Positions 28,637-45,889 of a stretch of DNA of 64,000 bases are shown one piece after another. A program made the translations under genes and the position numbers. The notes under the pieces are model-generated. The model worked only from the letters and a program-made list of their open reading frames with translations. It did not search any database and was not told the DNA's origin. The stretch comes from Octopus vulgaris (taxonomy: Eukaryota), in NCBI GenBank assembly GCA_951406725.2, contig OX597825.1, forward strand, positions 81,158,001 to 81,222,000, read 5' to 3'. Every line of letters starts with the position of its first letter. The stretch's first letter is position 1.

Positions 28637-28952
28637 TCTCTATATATATAAACCGGCACAAGTTGACCAAAATTGAAAGTATTATAGAAGAAGGCTTGCT
28701 CTTCCTTCCGTAGAAGAAAAAATTCAAATCGGACCATGTTAACACCAAAAATTATTTACATCAAAAAGGTGCTTTTTTTTCTATGAAAATCCCTATTTTT
28801 TTACGATTTTTTTACTGCTGTGTCGCCATTTTTCGGTGTATTTCAACGAGAAAAATGTTCACTTAAAGAGAATAACAAGCTACATAATGCGAAATTTTTA
28901 CTTTTCAAAAATTCCAATTCTAAAGGGTCGAAACAAGCCCGAACAAAGCTAG
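28637..28952 (+). mobile_element. Non-autonomous Helitron, deleted copy
   Basis: A|TCTCTATATA start and CTAG|T end. Homologous to 35526-35916. Confidence 0.8.
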
Positions 28953-29204
28953 TTTTTAATAATTCAGAAACCAGGATACGGCCTTTCCTGATTGTCATTA
29001 CTGGACGGAAGGTGGTAGATTTCTGCCCTTCAGCTAGTTGGTCGAGCATCTTTTTATGGAATTGGTGAAGTAAATAAAATTGTGCGAGCAACCAAACTTA
29101 CCATAAAATTTTCTCTTAAATGCGTGCGCGCGCGGCCGGCATATATATTGAACATTTAAGTGAGGTATTCGAAGCATAAGGGGCAGCAGAAAATTGTACA
29201 ACAG

Positions 29205-29495
29205 AGGAAGGAGGAGGAGGAAGAGGAGGAGGAGAAGGAGGAGGAGAAGGAGGAGGAGAAGGAGGAGGTGAGGATGAGAGAAGGAGAGGGAATAGAAAAA
29301 GACGATGAGAAGAAGGCGAGGAGGATGGGATAGGAAGAAGGAGGAGAAAACGAATAGGAAGGAGCAGAATTAGAAAACGAAAGAGGAGAAGGAGGAGGAA
29401 AGGATGGTGGAGGAGAAGAAGTGGAAAAAGAAGAAGAAGAAGAAGAAGAAGAAGAAGAAGAAGAAGAAGAAGAAGAAGAAGAAGAAGAAGAAGAA
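29205..29495. repeat. (GGA)/(GAA) purine array
   Basis: Direct reading. Confidence 0.9.
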
Positions 29496-31051
29496 GGTGT
29501 GGTGGAGCATGGAAGAGAATATGGGAAACGAAACAAATTAGCATTAATAGTAATAACAACAACAACAGTAACATATGAAAGAAGTCAAAGGAAAAACTAA
29601 GAACGAAGAAGGAAAGAAAACAGAAAAAAAAATAAATAAATAAGAAAAGCATAAGAACAAGAAGAATGTGATTGGAAAAAAAACAACAACAACAAAAAAA
29701 ACCTCCCAAAATAATAGATCTATTGATTAATTGATTTGGTCAGCCGAGAGTCATTAATTAGTAGACAGTCCTAATTATAGAAATACATGGGTTTGAAACC
29801 GCTAATTAAAATTATCGCGAAAACAAGCTGACAAAAAGTTTTCCAGAGGAACTCACAGAAACCTTTGGAAAGTTATAATTAAAGAAATACGCCCGGAATA
29901 TAGAAGCGAAACCATTTACCATTTTGATTCTTTTGAACAAATTCTCTCTCAATAAAAAATAAATAATTCTTGTAATTCAAGAATTCTTTTGTTTGAGATG
30001 TTCCGTCTTATTGTTGTTATTCTAGATTGGTGGGGTTTGGTGGATGGGTTGTGGTGGCATTGATGCTGTTGTTCTTGTTGATGCGGTTTAATTGTGGTTT
30101 ATGCTGCGGTTAGAGTTGTTGCATTTATTGTCGTTGTTGCATTTATTAAAATAGTTGTTATTGCTGCTGTTGAGGTCGGGGACGTTTCCTATGTCCTTCA
30201 TTTTGTTATTGATTTCTATTCTTCTTTTCATTTCCCTGCTGCGGCTGTTGTTGTTGTTGTTGTTGTTGTTGTTGTCGTTGTTGTTGTTGTTATCGGTGGT
30301 GGAGCTGGTGGGGGTGTTCTTGTAGTATTGCTGACGTGAGCAAAAATGCTGGTGTTAGAGATAGTGTTAATATCATTATTATTGGTGGGGGTGGATGTGG
30401 TCTTGGTGGTGGTGGTGGTGGTGGCGCTGGTGATGTGGGCGGTGGTGGTGATAACGACGGCGGGGATGGCGATGATAGTAGTGAGGGATGGTGGGGTGGG
30501 GTGATAGCGGCGGTGGTGATCGGGACAGTGGTAGTGGCCGCCGTTGTCTCAGGATACAGTAAAACTTGTTATTATTGGCGGTGGTGGTCACGGAGATGGT
30601 GGTTATTGTGGTAGTGGTGGTGTTAATAATGGATGATGATGACGATGACAACGACGACGACGATGATTATGATGATGATCATGACGACGACGATGACGAT
30701 GATGGCGGCGGCGGTGATAATGGAGAGGGATTGTCTTAATATTTCCATTTTGTTTTTCAATGCCAGATTCCATCTTCGTACATTTACCATTAATTTGCTC
30801 GTTTTGTTTATTTGATATTTCATTTATTTATTTTATATATCGTTTATATGTTTGTTGTAGATAGTTATATATGTGTAAACGTATGTGCGTGTATACATAC
30901 ATACATACATACATACATACATACATACACACACACATACACACATATATATATATGGTTCTAGATATGTATACATGTGCATACACGTATATATCGTATA
31001 TACGTTTATGTGTGTGTGTGTATATATATACATACATACATACACACTCAT

Positions 31052-31090
<39 letters not shown>

Positions 31091-31236
31091 GATATATACA
31101 TGCATATGTATATGTGTGTATATGTCTATAAATATGCATGCATGGGCGTGTGTATATGTATGTATGTGTATATACATGTGTGTAAGTGTTATTAGCTGTG
31201 TGCATGTGCAAATGTATGCGCGTATGTGCATATGCT

Positions 31237-31268
<32 letters not shown>

Positions 31269-32031
31269 TGTATGTATGTATGTAGGTATGTATGTATGTA
31301 TGTATGTATGTATGTATGTTTGTATGTGCGCGCGTATGTGTGTACGTATGTGTGTGTATGTATGCATGTATATGCATATTTAAAAACTGTCTATTGAATT
31401 CAGAATTTGGTAATGAAAAGATGATGATGGTAATGATGATGATGATGATGATGATGATGGTGGTGGTGATGATGACAATGATGATGATGATGATGATGGT
31501 GGTGGTGTGGTGGTCGTGGTGGTCGCGGTGATTATGATAATCACGATCACGATGGTGGTGATTGTGGTGGTGTCGGCGATGATGATAAGATGATGATGAT
31601 GATGATGATGATGATGAAGAAGAAGAAGAAGAAGAAAAAGAAGAAGAAGAAGAAGAAGAAGAAGAAGAAGAAGAGGAAAAAAATGATGATGATGACTACG
31701 ACGGCGACGACGACGACGACGATAATGATGATGGTGATGAAAATGATTGAATAATAATGATAATTTCTTACATTTAAATAAATATTGATTTCCAACAATT
31801 TAATGATGGTTGAAATAATAAAGTGCATAACTTGCTTCGGAGAGGAAGATCGAAGGCGTGGGAGGAGTAGGAGAAAGGAATAGGGGAAAGCGGAAGAAGA
31901 GGGTTTACGACGATTAAGCGGGAAGAAGAAGAAAAGGAAATAAGAGAGAAAGAGTGAGAACGAGAGAGAGAGAGAGAAAGGCGGAGGTTGAGCTGCGTTT
32001 AATCTATGATTACAATAACACCAACAACCTA

Positions 32032-32097
<66 letters not shown>

Positions 32098-32120
32098 TAG
32101 TAATAATAATAATAATAATG

Positions 32121-32160
<40 letters not shown>

Positions 32161-32445
32161 GAAGAAGAAGAAGTGAAAAGGGTGGGGAGCCAGAACAATG
32201 ACGCAAATTATCCCAATCAGAATAATTTGTGAAGCATTTGCTATGATTTGCTCCAGCATGGCCACACCCCATTTGTTGGAACCAGTAAAATGAATTAAAA
32301 ATTAGTGGAGCAGCTTAAAAGTCAGTGCGACTCACACGTACTTTTTAACTCGTAAATATGTACGCATACATACATACGTTCGCTCATATATATATATACT
32401 TATATATGCGCACACATGTGTGTGTGTATACATATATATATGTTT

Positions 32446-33010
<565 letters not shown>

Positions 33011-33044
33011 TCGGAAAAACACTATGAAAAATGTTTTTTTTTTT

Positions 33045-33266
33045 GTAACCGCTAAGTTACAGGGACGTAAACACACTAACATCAGATACACACATACATA
33101 TACACGAAGAGCTTCTTTCAGTTTCCGTCCACCAAATCCACTCAGAAGGCTTTTGTCGGCCCGAGTCTATAGTTGAAGATACTTGCCCAAGGTGCCACAC
33201 CGTGGGACTGAACCCAGAACCTTGAGGTTGGGAAGCAAGCTTCTTACCACATAACCACTCCTGCGC
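33045..33266 (-). mobile_element. SINE B, partial
   Basis: Head, CORE-like CACCTTGGGCAAGT and part of the body on the reverse strand. Confidence 0.8.
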
Positions 33267-33849
33267 CTAAGCATGTTTCTTCCTAAGTGTATGCTTATGT
33301 TTTAGTCCCATCATATAGCGTTTCGACAAATTGGGAACAATAAAATAAGGACGGCATTCATAAATACTAACTAGGTTCAATATCTGAACACTTAACGTCG
33401 CCATCATGGCCGTCATCATAGCTATCATGACCATCATGGCCGCCATCAAGTGCTCGAAACCAGTCAGTATAACAATAAAAGAAATAACACACAAACACAC
33501 GTATCATATTACATTACCTGCCATTATGTTATATTTATTATATTAAATTATATTTATTATATTATATTCTGTATAATTCTTGTTTTCGTCTGTTGTCGAG
33601 AAAGTGTTAATCAGTGATAGTACAAGGTGTATTTAGTGAGAAAGAAATAATTTAATAGCAGTTAATCAATAGTTGAAAGGTTGTTAGCATGTATAATTAA
33701 TTATATATATATATATACATATGAATGCATACATGAACATATACACATATATACATACACACTCGCACGCACATGTACATATATATATATTTATTATAAA
33801 TATTATATATGTCTGTATGTATATGTATGTATATGTATGTATGTATGTA

Positions 33850-33906
<57 letters not shown>

Positions 33907-34465
33907 ATATGGGGCCACGTTGGTAGTGGAGGGGAAAATGTATTAACAACAAATCGGTTTGTTCGATATAGATTGGTTTGTACGACTATTGATTGATTTT
34001 ACCCTACCTACCCTCACTCTCTGTTGTTTAGGATGTTTTTTTACTTTGTATTTTTGTTTCTGTTGTTGTTGTTGTTAGTGGTAGTAGTGGCGGCGGCGGC
34101 GGCGGCGGTGGTGGTGGTGGTCGTGGTATGGCGATGGGTTTTGTTTTGTCATTGTTCTCTAAACAGCTGTAAAACTGTCAGCATATATTCCAAAAAAGCT
34201 CTAATTAATAGATACTTGCCTACTAATCAATGTATACGGACACGAACGCACATATATATATATATACACATATATACATAAGCAAATACACACATACACA
34301 CATGCGCGCAGGGATAGATGAGTAAGAAGAGAGCGAAGTCAAGGCGAATATATTCATGTGCGTGCGTATATATACATACAAACAAACACACACATAGACA
34401 ATTACATATTTATATATACATATACAAATAAATACATATGTCTATAGACATATGTACACACACAC

Positions 34466-34516
<51 letters not shown>

Positions 34517-34632
34517 TGTACGTATGTATGTATACTACATTGTGCTGCAAACTAAATCTGCATGTATATGTGCAAATACATATATATGTATAAATGCAGG
34601 TGTGAGTATATGCAGATATGTATATATATACG

Positions 34633-34677
<45 letters not shown>

Positions 34678-34756
34678 ACATACGTATATATGTAGATATC
34701 TATGTATGTATGTATGTGAACGTTCTGAATCCTTTAGAAAGTCTGTAAACTTAAAA

Positions 34757-34821
<65 letters not shown>

Positions 34822-34849
34822 CTCTCTCTCTATATATATACACATACAT

Positions 34850-34884
<35 letters not shown>

Positions 34885-35015
34885 TACAGATAGTTGTATA
34901 TTATATATATATGTATGTATATATGTATACATACATATATATATATTATTTATATAGACAGATGAAAGCAATTTGCCTTTATATACAATATCTTTGTTGA
35001 GAGAAACAAAGGAAC

Positions 35016-35060
35016 CAGCCCGACCGTTTGAATGCCATATTGAGATTTCGTCAGTGACTG
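35016..35060 (-). ncRNA. Decayed hammerhead-like motif
   Basis: rc CAGTCA-CTGACGA-AAT..ATT-CAAA-CGG-TC-GGGCTG. Five of six stem I pairs form; GAAA is mutated. Confidence 0.4.
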
Positions 35061-35259
35061 AGAACCCATCTTAGGTCTACATAGTAAAACTGTTTATTAA
35101 CCTACTTCTATTAAAGTCATAATCAAATCGAATAGACAGATTAGCATACATAACGCATTCTTGCAGTTTTTTCGATAAATACACAACCGGTGTGCTGCCA
35201 GCGTTTTGTTCAAACGTTATATCGTACTAGAGTACGTGTGTGTATATATATATATATAT

Positions 35260-35299
<40 letters not shown>

Positions 35300-35525
35300 T
35301 ATATGTGTGTTAGCTAACTCGCTAATATATATGCTAGCTAACTAGCAATTACAGCGTTAAGACACGTTTTAATCCTTCATGAACATACGGAAGTTGGAAA
35401 CTTCACCTAATACTATATAATTTGGTATCAAAAATTTCTGCCAAACGACCTTGTCTCAAAACAGGTAAATAGGTGCAGTGGAACTGTATCAGTGACGAAG
35501 GATCTTGACATCAAATTATAAATTA

Positions 35526-35916
35526 CTAGCAGTATCACCCGGCGTTGCACGGGTTTGTTTCGACCCTTTACAATTAGAATTTTTGAAAAGTAAAAATTTT
35601 GCATTATATAACTTGTTATTCTCTTTAAGTGAACATTTTTCTGGTTGAACTACACCGAGAAATGGCGACACAGCAGTTAAAAAATCGTAAAAAATAGGGA
35701 TTTTCATAGAAAATAAAGCACCTTTTTGATGTAAATAATTTTTGGTGTTAACATGGTCCGATTTGAATTTTTTCTTCAACGGAATGAAGAGCAAGCCTTC
35801 TTCTATCGTACGCTCAATTTTGGTTAACTTGCGCTGCAGGGTCTCGGAGGAGATAGTGTTAGTTGAAGGCTACCAAACCTGCCACACAGACAACTTCAGC
35901 TTTATATATAGAGAGA
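35526..35916 (-). mobile_element. Non-autonomous Helitron
   Basis: rc begins A|TCTCTCTATATATAAAGC and ends with hairpin CCCGTGCAACGCCGGG then CTAG|T. No TSD. Confidence 0.88.
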
Positions 35917-36180
35917 TAGATTATTATGAAGAGTTTTTTTTCTTTCTGTTTTTGAATGTTCAAAAGGAATCTTTCATAAGGTTATTGTTTTACTCTCTAC
36001 AGACTGCTTCTTGTCGAATACCTTATCAGACAAGTACAATTTCCTCATCGTATGCATTGGCGTACGGAAATACCTAATCTACAGGTTAGTTGAGGCGGTT
36101 TTATACTGATGAGCGATTGTTCTCAACAAAGCTTTTTATTCAGCAACTCTGCGAAATACACTAATACTGCTTTGTCTTTC

Positions 36181-38444
<2,264 letters not shown>

Positions 38445-39017
38445 GAGTTACCATCACCATCATCAAAATCAATATTTCGTTATCTACCCTTATTTCGCCA
38501 CTCCGCTTTGTCAACCATCTTGTTATTTTTCGTTTTAAATCGGTTAAACACTGACTGATGTTGCGTGTGTTAGAGTTTGTGCTTTTGTGTGCGTGTAGAA
38601 CGCGAAACGTTTCATATTTTGTCCAGATCGCCATAACCTAAACTCATTTATTATCGATTACAAATCATTTATATCTATGTGCGTGTGTGATTTTACTTAA
38701 CGCATATCTAAATGTGTGCATTTGTGTGCGAATTGTGGAAACAGGGGTGGGTACTCGTGCGTGTGTATGTAAGTGTGAATTATGCCTATGTCAGTTCACA
38801 GTCACCACCCTTATATGGCGCATAAATATTTCATGGTATGCAATAAATATTGATATAGTCGCAGCGGGGCTGTGTGGTACGAAATTTGTGACCCAACCCC
38901 ATGGTTCCGGGTTCAGTCCCACAGCGTGGCACCTTAGGCAAGTGTCTTTTATTATAGCTTTCGGCCGACCAAAGCCTTGTGTGTGGGTTTGGTAGATGGA
39001 ATCTGAGAGAAACCCAT

Positions 39018-39610
<593 letters not shown>

Positions 39611-40109
39611 CCTGCTATAAAAATGCAAAGCGCATTGTGACCAGCGATGTGTAGCAACATCTGATGGCCTGGTCAGTCACGTGATCACGTGATATATATA
39701 TATATATAAAATATATATATATATATATATATATATACATGTGTGTGTGTGTGTGTGTATTTGCGTTTGTCTCTCAACACCGCTAGACAACTAGTGTTGG
39801 TATTTTTACGTCCCCGTAACCTAGCGACTCAGCAAAAAGAGACCGATTGAATAAATACCAAGCTTGAAATTAATAATAAATACTGGTGTCGGTTCTTTCG
39901 ACTAAAAAAAAATCAGGAATGTAAAGCACCCTTATACACACATACACACACACAAATATATAAATATATATATATATATACATATATAGACACATACATA
40001 CATACAAACACACATATGTACATACACACATACATAAACATATACATAGAGACGTACTTACGTACATACAATCACGTACATGCACACATACGTACGTACA
40101 TACATGTGG

Positions 40110-40535
40110 TTCGATGCTCAGGAAAACATGGAAATGTCTTTGGATGTTTCGAGCCTACGCTCATCTAGAGAAACAAAGGAGGCGAGAAAATAGATGGTGA
40201 AAGAAGTGGGGGGGGGGAGAGAAAAAATGGAAATAGAGAGATAAACATAAAAAGAAAAATGGCGGCACATGTTGATTTGACCGGAAACGGAAACCACAGA
40301 AGGGATTGGTTATACCAAACGCTCGGCATGGAGTAGCGACAAGTTTAGAACATTCCATTCAGAAGGCTACTTTCATGCAATTCAAAAATAAGAGATATCC
40401 CCCCTCACCCCAATTTTCCTAGAACATAAAAGATAGAAATACATTGATAGACAACGAATGTAGGCTTCCAAGATCAAGACTGAAGCCACTGGCCGCTTTA
40501 TTGAGAGAACGTCTGTCAGATATTATTTTCCCATG
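40110..40535 (-). mobile_element. Penelope-like 3' fragment: possible decayed GIY-YIG C-terminus plus hammerhead-like motif
   Basis: rc GAGCGTAGGCTCGAAACA is shared with 32613-32630. Upstream frameshifted peptides YLTDVLSIKRPVASV / LHSLS / LIFEL..LNGMF* loosely resemble PLE endonuclease C-termini. Confidence 0.4.
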
Positions 40536-40611
40536 AACACATACTCACGCACACGTTTATAAAGATATATAGATATAACTATATGATGATTTTTATATAT
40601 ATACATATATA

Positions 40612-40961
<350 letters not shown>

Positions 40962-41135
40962 AGATCTCTGATGGTTGTGGTGTTGGTGATGTTGGTAGGG
41001 AGGGTTCTTCTTGATGTTGTAATAGGAGTAATTCTACTTTTGATGCTTAATATTTTGGACTATAATAGTGTTGCAGAAATAAAGACATTGACAAATAAAG
41101 AGACAGATCGGTAATACAAGAAATAGACAATAAAC

Positions 41136-41173
<38 letters not shown>

Positions 41174-41176
41174 ATG

Positions 41177-41231
<55 letters not shown>

Positions 41232-41744
41232 GGCTAGATAGACTGATAGGTAGATCGATATGCATCGATAAATAAACAGATAGATAGACAGACACACAGA
41301 CAAACAGATAGATAGATAGATAGATAGATTGAGAGAGAGAGACAGACTGAAAGAGAGTGAGGAGGGTGAGGGAGGGAGGGATGGAGAAAGAGACACGCAA
41401 TACAAAGCCATATGAAATATTACGGCGACGGTGCAAATTAGAAAAGAAGATAAAAATAAAAATAAAAATAAAAGAGAAGAAAAGAAAATGAAGTTAAAGG
41501 AAGGTGCTGATGATGGTGATGGTGCGAGGAAATGAAAGAGTTAACGGAGCGTTTATAGACGGTTTGCCGCCTGTTTTTGTTAGTGAGGTGATCAAACAAT
41601 ATGGAGGCTGTTAAATTATGGATGTCAAACTAAAATGAACGCTAACAGAGGGAGAAAAATACGTTCCCGCCAATAAAACAGGGGGAAATGGCTGTGACTT
41701 AAAACTACTGAGTGTGTAGCATGCTGTACCGTTGCTGCTGCTAT

Positions 41745-41796
<52 letters not shown>

Positions 41797-42165
41797 GCTA
41801 CTACTAACACTACTACTACTACCATCGCCATTGTAGTGTATTTTCATGCATGTGTGTATGCATGTGTTTACGTATGTATGTGTGTGTGTATGCATGCATG
41901 CATGCTTGAATATATGTGTGTATGTGTGTATATGTGTGCGAAAGTGTGTATTTGTATGCCCGGACTTGAAAGTTCACTTTCATTATTCGCTTCTCATCCA
42001 GGCGTCGAATTAAAGCGTGCAACAATCTCTAATATTAGACGTTTGGTGCTGATAATTGTTGACACGTCAAATTGACGGGGCTTCGTCGTTTTCGACGAGG
42101 AGGTTTCAGAGGTTAGATCAACTGGTTTATTTATTGAATTAGCATGTGAATGATCGAACATTACA

Positions 42166-42485
42166 GAAACATGTCTACTCTAAACGTATACCTTAGACGC
42201 ATACCCAAAATGTGTACCCGAAAAGTCTACTCTAAAAAAATGTTCTCTAACCGTGTACCCTAAACGTGTAATCTAAACGTGTTCCGTGAACGGCTACCCT
42301 AAACCTGTATCCCAAAGTGTTTCCAAATATGTGCCCTAGATATATACTCTAAATCTGTTTCCCGAACGATTACCTTAAAAGTGTACTCTAAACCCCTACC
42401 CCAACAGTGTAACCTAAATGCATTCCATAAACGTGTATTCTAAAAGTGTACTCTAAACGTCTTCCCTAAAAGAGTTCCCTAACCA
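42166..42485. repeat. Diverged 13-bp minisatellite, consensus near AAACGTGTACCCT
   Basis: About two dozen units, e.g. AACCGTGTACCCT AAACGTGTAATCT AAACGTGTTCCGT. Confidence 0.85.
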
Positions 42486-42890
42486 CAATCTTAAGTGGAA
42501 TCAGCGTTACAGGGTGCGCAAGGCTGTCCCATAAATTACAGGTAAAGTCTACATAGTTGTCATCTTATTTTTGGAGTCTTGATGGATGTTGGTTCCAGTC
42601 ACATGGTTGTTTGTTGAAATTTTTCCGCTTTGTAAGGGTAATTTATCCAATATTTCGGTTGTTCTAGAGGTAATTCTGCGTTCGGGAAAGTATCATCTTA
42701 TTTGTATCGTACTATTCACATTTCGATGCTTATATATATATATATATATATATAATGTTTATTTGTTTATATTTATATACACAACATATTATGAAATATA
42801 TAATAAAATATATCAGTATGTATTATATATTATAACATTAACTATCTACACACACAAACGTAAACATATATATGTGTGTATATACATGTA

Positions 42891-42963
<73 letters not shown>

Positions 42964-42970
<7 letters not shown>

Positions 42971-43212
42971 TAGGAAGTATAACTTCAAACTTAGAGGGAA
43001 AAATTCAATTTAGTATTAAATCAAATTTCACAGTATAAATATATAAAATATAAATTAGAGATAAAACCACTATTATGCAATTCAAACTTTTTGATATCTA
43101 GTTATAAGTTATATGTTTTATAAAAATATATATATTATTTGTTATTTATGTTTTGGTTTATGTCTATCACTGTTTGAGTTGCATAATAGTGGTTTTATCT
43201 CTAATTTATATT
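42964..43212 (-). mobile_element. Fold-back element between TA tracts
   Basis: About 41-bp inverted arms 43047-43087 / 43172-43212, with a one-sided tail ending in (TA)n. Confidence 0.65.
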
Positions 43213-43799
43213 ATATATATATACACACACACACACACGTACATATAAACAAACACGAACATAGATACATGTTGACCAAAAGTACAACACAAAGACGAGA
43301 TACAAAAATAAACACACAATTGGTATAAGTTTGACAGCAGCAAATAGGTAAAAAAGAAAGAAAAGGTCTTTAATGTCTTCTTTTGAAAGATAAGGTAGAA
43401 ACAGAAAGAAAAGAAAGCAGGAACTGGAGTAAAAGAAGCGCACGTGACGGCGTGGGGATAGACCGGAAGTAGGAACAAGCATCATAATTATGCAGTACTA
43501 AGTCAATTGAGATATTTGTGCGTTTAGGGTTCGTTTGTTAATCACATTTAAAGACTCTTTTTAAATGACATCACAACCAGCAAGTGTATTAATGACATTT
43601 GCCTAATCATTCATTCCAGCTTAATTATTGTATCTGCCTCTGATCCTTTTTTACAAGATCCATCATGTCTAAAAAATTTTTTGAATTTGTTAACAATTTT
43701 TTATCGTTTGTTTTTAATGCTTTTCCGGGTTTTCTCTTTTCGAAGATTTAATCGGAATGTCGCCAGTCAGAAAATGGAAGCCGGGTAATTAATTCTTTC

Positions 43800-44225
43800 G
43801 AATTTTAGCTCAAGGCCAGAAATTTCGAGAGAAGGGGTTAAGACGAGGGCATCGAATCCAATACAGGATTTCTGCTTTTCTGCTTAATTTTTATGGACCC
43901 GGGAGGGATGAAAGGCAAAGTTGAATCCGGTGGAATCTGAACTCAGAAAGTAATGAGCCGAGTGGGAAGGAATACCTATTTCTTTACTACCCACAAGGGG
44001 CTAAACACAGAGGGGACACTCACACACACACACACACACATACACACTCCCACACATATACATATTCAAGGGGTTTCTTTCAGTTTCCGTCTATCAGATC
44101 CACTCACAAGGCTTTGGTCGGCCTGTGGCTATAGTAGAAAATACTTGTCTAAGGGGCCACGCAGTGGGACAGAACCCGAAACCATGTGGTTGGGAAGCAA
44201 TCTTCTTACCACACGGCTACGCCTG
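43800..44225 (-). mobile_element. Old SINE A with a young-type tail joined at GAATAC, followed by a SINE B head
   Basis: GGAATACCTATTTCTTTACTACCCACAAGGGG near 43969-44000. SINE B at 44068-44225. Confidence 0.75.
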
Positions 44226-44486
44226 TTTATATGTGTGTATGTTTGTTTGAGATTGGGATCAATAGAATTTTTAAACTTTCGGGAGAAGTGGAATTGCTCC
44301 TCGAAGAACATAAAGCTATGAATGATACCATGAAATTATTGGGTTGGAAAATCTCTTTTGGATAAAAAAATTTGAAGGTTGCCCGTGGGAGACGGACCCA
44401 CACATCCTATACACATTTCACACAGAAAAAAGAGAGGACTGTATATACATATATATACATATACATATATCTTTTTATTATTTATG

Positions 44487-44786
44487 TGGCCTTTTCAAGC
44501 CCAGCCAGGCTCATGGGCCCGGTTTCCCGGTTTCTGTGGCGTATGTGTTCCTCCCAGCTGGACGGGACGCGAGTCCATCGCAGCGTTACTCAAGAAACAG
44601 GAGGAGAGAGTGAGAGAAAAGTGTGGTGAAAGAGTACAGTAGGGATCGCCACCACCTCCTGCCGGAGCCTCGTGGAGCTTTAGGTGTTTTCGCTCAATAA
44701 ACACTCACAACGCCCGGTCTGGGAATCGAAACCACGATCCTACGACCGTGAGCCTGCTGCCCTAACCACTGGGTCATTGCGCCTCC
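44487..44786 (-). mobile_element. tRNA-derived SINE with a V-domain-like segment
   Basis: rc head GGAGGCGCAATGACCCAGTGGTTAGGGC..GGTTTCGATTCCC. Internal CTGCGATGGACTCGCGTCCCGTCCAG and GCCACAGAAACCGGG resemble V-SINE conserved blocks. Confidence 0.75.
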
Positions 44787-45105
44787 ACACATATATACAT
44801 GCATAGATACATGTTTATATATACATACATGTTTAAATATACTTATACACGCACACACACACACATATATGCATACACACACATACATTTATGTATATAT
44901 TTATGTATGTATAAAGAGAAAGAGAGGGGAGAGAGAGAGGCGCGGTTACAAATTATATTTTTATTCATCGCGGTACAAATGTCTTTTCTGTTAATTTAAA
45001 TTTAAACAGTTTTATATAATTATCTATTTTTTCGTGACAAATTCTTTACATTCATATATTTGATACCATCATTGATCTACATTTAAACAAAGTGCGCGCG
45101 CACGT

Positions 45106-45144
<39 letters not shown>

Positions 45145-45583
45145 TGTGTGTGTGTGCGTGCGTTCGTACGTACGTATTCCAACTGGTTTCTCACAAAAAA
45201 AAAAAAACCAAACTCGCGGCGTTCATCAAACACCTATAATGAACACAAATATCTGTAAATTAAATAAACCGATAAACTCTCTACTTTAATATTTTTATTT
45301 AATCACATTTGAATTGCAGTTTCTGTGTTAAATATGATTTTCTAATTCATTCATATATGCAAATATACATATATGTAAATATATATTTGAAGACATGTTT
45401 CCGTATTTGCTTGTATGAATGTAAGTATAAAGGTACGTACGCCGCTTACTGTGTGTGTGTGTACGTGAACGCGAGCCTGCGAGTGATTGCGTTCATATAT
45501 TCATAATTATAGATGCAGATGGAGGAATGTATTGACGTTTGTATGTCTATCTGTCTGCCTATCTATCTATATGTCTGTCTCAG

Positions 45584-45658
<75 letters not shown>

Positions 45659-45845
45659 ATAGGAAAAAAGCAACAAGAATGGATCAAAATATATATTTTG
45701 ATCCATTCTTGTTGCTTTTTTCCTATTTGTAATCACCCCACTTTATCGTATGGTTAACACCATATAGATTTCTGGTGCATCCAAGTCAAGTACCATATTC
45801 TTGTGAATTCAATAGAACTCATTTGAATCTTAATTGCCTAAACCG
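45659..45845 (+). mobile_element. Second, shorter copy of the 3018-3367 fold-back element
   Basis: Perfect 68-bp palindrome 45659-45726 and the same tail ending AACCG|(TA)n. Confidence 0.85.
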
Positions 45846-45889
45846 TATATATATATATATATATATATACTTATCTATCTATGTATCTA

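Noticed and set aside
44700-44786. tRNA gene
   Set aside because: A/B boxes are present but continue directly into a SINE body, with no acceptor stem or terminator.
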